Shown here in pieces: positions 60,101-64,000 of a stretch of DNA of 64,000 nucleotides; the first letter of the stretch is position 1; each line of letters opens with the position of its first letter. The translations under genes were made by a program, and so were the position numbers. The DNA is from Callorhinchus milii (Eukaryota): contig NW_024704758.1 in the NCBI RefSeq assembly GCF_018977255.1, positions 9,114,001-9,178,000 of the forward strand, written 5' to 3'. The notes beneath the pieces were generated by a model, which saw nothing but the letters and a program-made list of their open reading frames with translations, had not been told where the DNA came from and did not search any database.

Positions 60101-63100
60101 AGCATCCGAGAGAAAGAAGTAGGTTAAGATTTTGGGTGTGACCTTTCGTCAGAGTTGTGTTGTGATAGTGGATTTTATGATTTATCTTAACTACTTAGAC
60201 AGTGTAATAGAATATTCATATCAAGATTTTTTTTGCATTCCTTTAATATTCCTGCAAAATAAATAATTGATTATCTGGTTATAAAATTGTGAGAGTTACA
60301 AGGATAATATTCTGAATAAGAAAGTTAACTGTAAATCTGCTGACCCAATGATGCTGAAACATTTCATCAGTGGTAAACTATAGACTTTGCTTAATAAGTG
60401 TTGCATTTTACTTTGGGTTATCCACTTTTAGTCTTGCAAACGCTTGAATCATCTGCCTCTGAGCTTTCCTTCAACCATATCTACCTCCCTTCTTGACTGA
60501 TGGGCTTCTGTGCTCCCTCCAACTCCTCTCCCTTGTGATATCTAGCTCTAAAAGGATTCCTATCACTTTTGTCTGCTCTCCCAATGAGTTTAGAAGAACA
60601 AATGCTACTGAAAGGCAGGGCTACCAACTGCAGTCTCTGCTACACACAGAATAGACTACTTTCATACAATATTGGGTGGGAAAGGAACGGCCAAACAGGA
60701 GAACCCGATTGCTCCTGTTCTTGCAAGCCTCTTCACTTTCTGGGCAAGACCTTGAATGTACGGCTGTCAGACCGAATGAGTGGCAATTTGCTTCATATCA
60801 AGTGACAGCAAAGTGACTGCCAGTATCTTCATAATTGGCTGATGTTCAAAACATATAGTCAATTGATCTAATCCTCTTCTGTGTAGTTTACTGTCTTCGT
60901 CAACCAAATATACGGGGAGAAAGTAAAAGAGAAAAATCTGGGCCTAGGTTTGTGACTTTCTTATTTCCGCATCTGCCCAGCGAGCGCAGAAAATTAGATT
61001 TGACAAGAACGGGGATGAGATGACTGTGAGAAAGAGTTAGCGCTAAAATATTGACTAAAACCTAATGCTTGACAGGTTTGAGCGTCAAAACTCATCAGCA
61101 GCTCCATGGAGAGCGTCACTTTGATGTATCGATTAGTTGGGGTTGCTTCAGTTGGGCAGTTGATTAACGGCAGGCAGGCAGGCAATAATGCAATGGGGCA
61201 AAAGCCAATTAATTGGTAGTGGATATTGAAAGGAAGAGATTTAGATACCACAAGGCTGATTCGAGTAATTCTTTTATCTTTTGTCTCCCTAACATTTCAA
61301 AAAGGGCCTTTCATTTTCTAACCTCATTTGGCTGGGTTGGTAGGCCAGTTAGTAATAATGCATCATTTGCAGCTTTAAAAAACCCCCCAAGGTAAAGTGG
61401 CTTCTTATTCTCAATAACTAATAACACTATTAGGACCTCAAAGCTCTGCCAACGGAGGGGCAGCTCACAGTTTGTTTTGGAGCTAAGGATTCAGCCCATC
61501 TACCTGGGCTGCTGAGGTGAATTTTCATTCGCTGGGGTTTCTATAGATGTTCCACAGCCATTGTATATGATCTGTACAAACAGGCTGCACATTTCACTCA
61601 TGTATGTGAAGTACAAAGGACACTTTATTGGTAAAGCTACTGCCCCAGCATGAGACTGAGCTGCACAGATGAGGAATGTTTTGGGTTTGATCCTTGGTCT
61701 GATCTCAGCCAGAATAGCCTCAGTGTCTGATGCTAGGGAGAAAGATTCAGCCTCTGATCACAATCCATTGATTTTTGCTCGATTGTCCATGATGCTTGGA
61801 CTTTGAGGTCAAGAATGGGCTCTTACATATTTCTTACAGTTAATGAACCTGCCATTGATTACGCTATTCAGTCTCTCAGAGCAAGAACAGACACTTCATC
61901 GAAGCCCGAGAGAGAAGCTAATGCTTGGGCACCCTTAGCAATGGTTCATACCTTGAGTGAAGGGAGGAAACTAACCAAAAGCTACCATGTGAATTTTGTA
62001 AATCCAAGATTGCAGCTTGTATTATCTCCTCTCAGATCACCCGCTGTGAATGACAGTAGGCTATTTTATAGCAAGATAGTAGCTTTTAATGTTTTCAGAA
62101 AAGACTTCAGGTAATCTTTAGAGACCTCATAATCAACATTAAGATACAAAGTCAGGGCGTACTGCTGCTGACAATGCGAAGGGGAAACTGCAGGTGTTGT
62201 CTGTGGTCAAATCATTTTGTTATGTTTCTAATTTATTCCAGTGTTTAAGAGAGCAAAACAATGTTAAAGGTGCAACATTGATGAAATAGTAACTAGGAGC
62301 AAATAACTAAAGCCACAATTCACCTGAGTGTTACAAGCTGTGAGAACAAAGCAAGGCCAACATGTAATGGATATGTGGTGGCCATTTACAAGGTTGAAAT
62401 GAGCATTCAAATGAGGGTATAAACTCTTACAGTAAAGCGAGATTGGTTACAAACTGACCCTTGATCTCCAAATTCGAAACTGACCATTGTAAAACCATAA
62501 GAGATTCAATATTGCCACCAATGTACCTCTTGCTTTTTAGTTAAAAAGAGCTTCAATTAATTCAATTAATTACTGTGAATAGATTTCTGCGGTTTCTTAT
62601 CAGTAGGGTTGGAGCTTGGCACTTGCTAATTTAAGGCACCTGGATTTCACCAAGTGAGTCTTTGTTCCACTGATAGCCATGGCTATAGATTTAAATGCTG
62701 TAGTTAATTACATTAATTCTCAATAGGAAGGATGTGGCATGGCAAGACAGGTGTTGGAAGCAAATGAGCTCAAAGCACTTTGATCAAAGGAAATACAGAA
62801 CACTGGAGGAAATATGACAGTGGTGAAATGAAGTGCAAAGGATGGCCTCAGAATCGATGTAGTATATTTTGACAGCAATTCCTGATTGCACCAGGTCTCC
62901 AAAGAGTTTGAACATCATAGCCAGGGATTTTCGGGTAAAAAGTTAATAAGCTTCGAAAAGGGCGTGTTGCACTTTGCCATTAAGTGAGCCTCGTTTGCTT
63001 TTCTGATCCGGTCACGCTTTGCATTGTCGACGTAAGGCAAGGTTTGTTTTTAACGAGTGGATGCCGTGAAAGCAAAATAGTTGATGGATAATCAACAATG

Positions 63101-64000
63101 GAAAGATGAGGCATATTTTTTTTGGCAGCCGTGTGTCTGACACTTGTGGAAACCCATCACCATGCTTAAGAGTATCCAAACCAACCTGAGATTCCCATGT
63201 ATCCCACCAACACAGAGGTGTATGAGTGGTGCAAGATGCTTCTGATGTGGCTTCCGACCGGGAAATAATGAAGAGCTTTGCAATTTGAACTCGCTCGCCT
63301 GAGTTGGGTGAATTTCGTGGTTGTGAGGTGACACAAATGCAAGGATCCTGGTGACATTTATGTTTTCAGGTGCATGGAATCTGTCTCCTGCTGAAAGCTA
63401 ATGTGGTGTGTAATGGCGAGGACTGGTGTGGAGGACATTTTTAGCTGGAGGAAGGAAGAGTGTGGCTGATGGTGGGTCACCTGCGAAGGAGAGAACGTGC
63501 AAAAAAAGAAAGGTTAGTAATTCCAGTTCATAAATTTTCATTATTCTCTGACTGTCTGCAGCCAAGCAGATGTCTTTTGAATGGATGTTCATATTGGACT
63601 GCTTTTTTTTTCCCTCTTGAAATTGTGGGCTGTGCCACAATGAAGTATAGTTTTATTCATGTATAAAAAGCAAGCATCCTTTTAATGGCCCATAAAACCA
63701 TGCACTTTACATTTTAAACTGCCCTTTGAAAATAATTTACAAGGAGTGTTATATAAAATGCTGGAGTTTGTGGGAGATTTCTCATCTTTTTGATGTGCTG
63801 CTCAGATGGACCAACACAGTTGGATAGACTTTTTAATGAGGCGAATGTAAATGTGACTGCCTGCCTCTGAGGAAGACAACCAAAGGGAAGAATAGAATTT
63901 ATGCATTGTGTTTCTGAAAAGGTTATTACAATTATAAGGCATCTAATATGAAGTGATTTTATGAGGAACAACGTAATATTAGAAAGACAATAAAACATTT

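Noticed and set aside
55709-62114. ORFs 55709-55957 and 61803-62114 as novel genes
   Set aside because: No recognisable homology, splice context or promoter, and the lengths are compatible with chance.

Overview
Vertebrate genomic DNA containing the RAG locus, most likely from a cartilaginous fish and possibly a holocephalan. The taxon is inferred from the intronless RAG1, protein divergence and the L2/CR1/tRNA-SINE repeat landscape. Gene order: ELF5 (+, 5-6 coding exons, 31-5913); RAG1 (+, single coding exon, 10454-13621); RAG2 (-, 18354-19916), convergent with RAG1 and 4732 nt from it stop-to-stop; a CpG island just 5' of RAG2 with paired ZNF143 motifs; IFTAP/C11orf74/NWC (+, 6 coding exons, 30212-44229, ~223 aa); then about 20 kb of gene-free sequence. 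The main system is the V(D)J recombinase, a domesticated RAG transposon. It is well described, so the novelty lies in details: (1) ELF5 rather than TRAF6 sits next to RAG1, which one inversion could explain; (2) RAG2 lacks the T490-Pro CDK degron but has several S/T-P-x-K sites downstream; (3) the island carries a 21-bp tandem CCAAT/E2F/GC-box repeat; (4) a SINE nested in the island is strongly AT-to-GC shifted; (5) a Penelope-type minimal hammerhead ribozyme remnant lies at 45535-45571; (6) an extended CTCF site separates ELF5 and RAG1; (7) IFTAP needs a GC-AG intron; (8) the ELF5 ETS helix has an ETV6-like His. All comparisons with human or mouse proteins are from memory and need confirming by alignment. 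No CRISPR arrays, rRNA, true tRNA genes, intact RSS or transposon TIRs were found.
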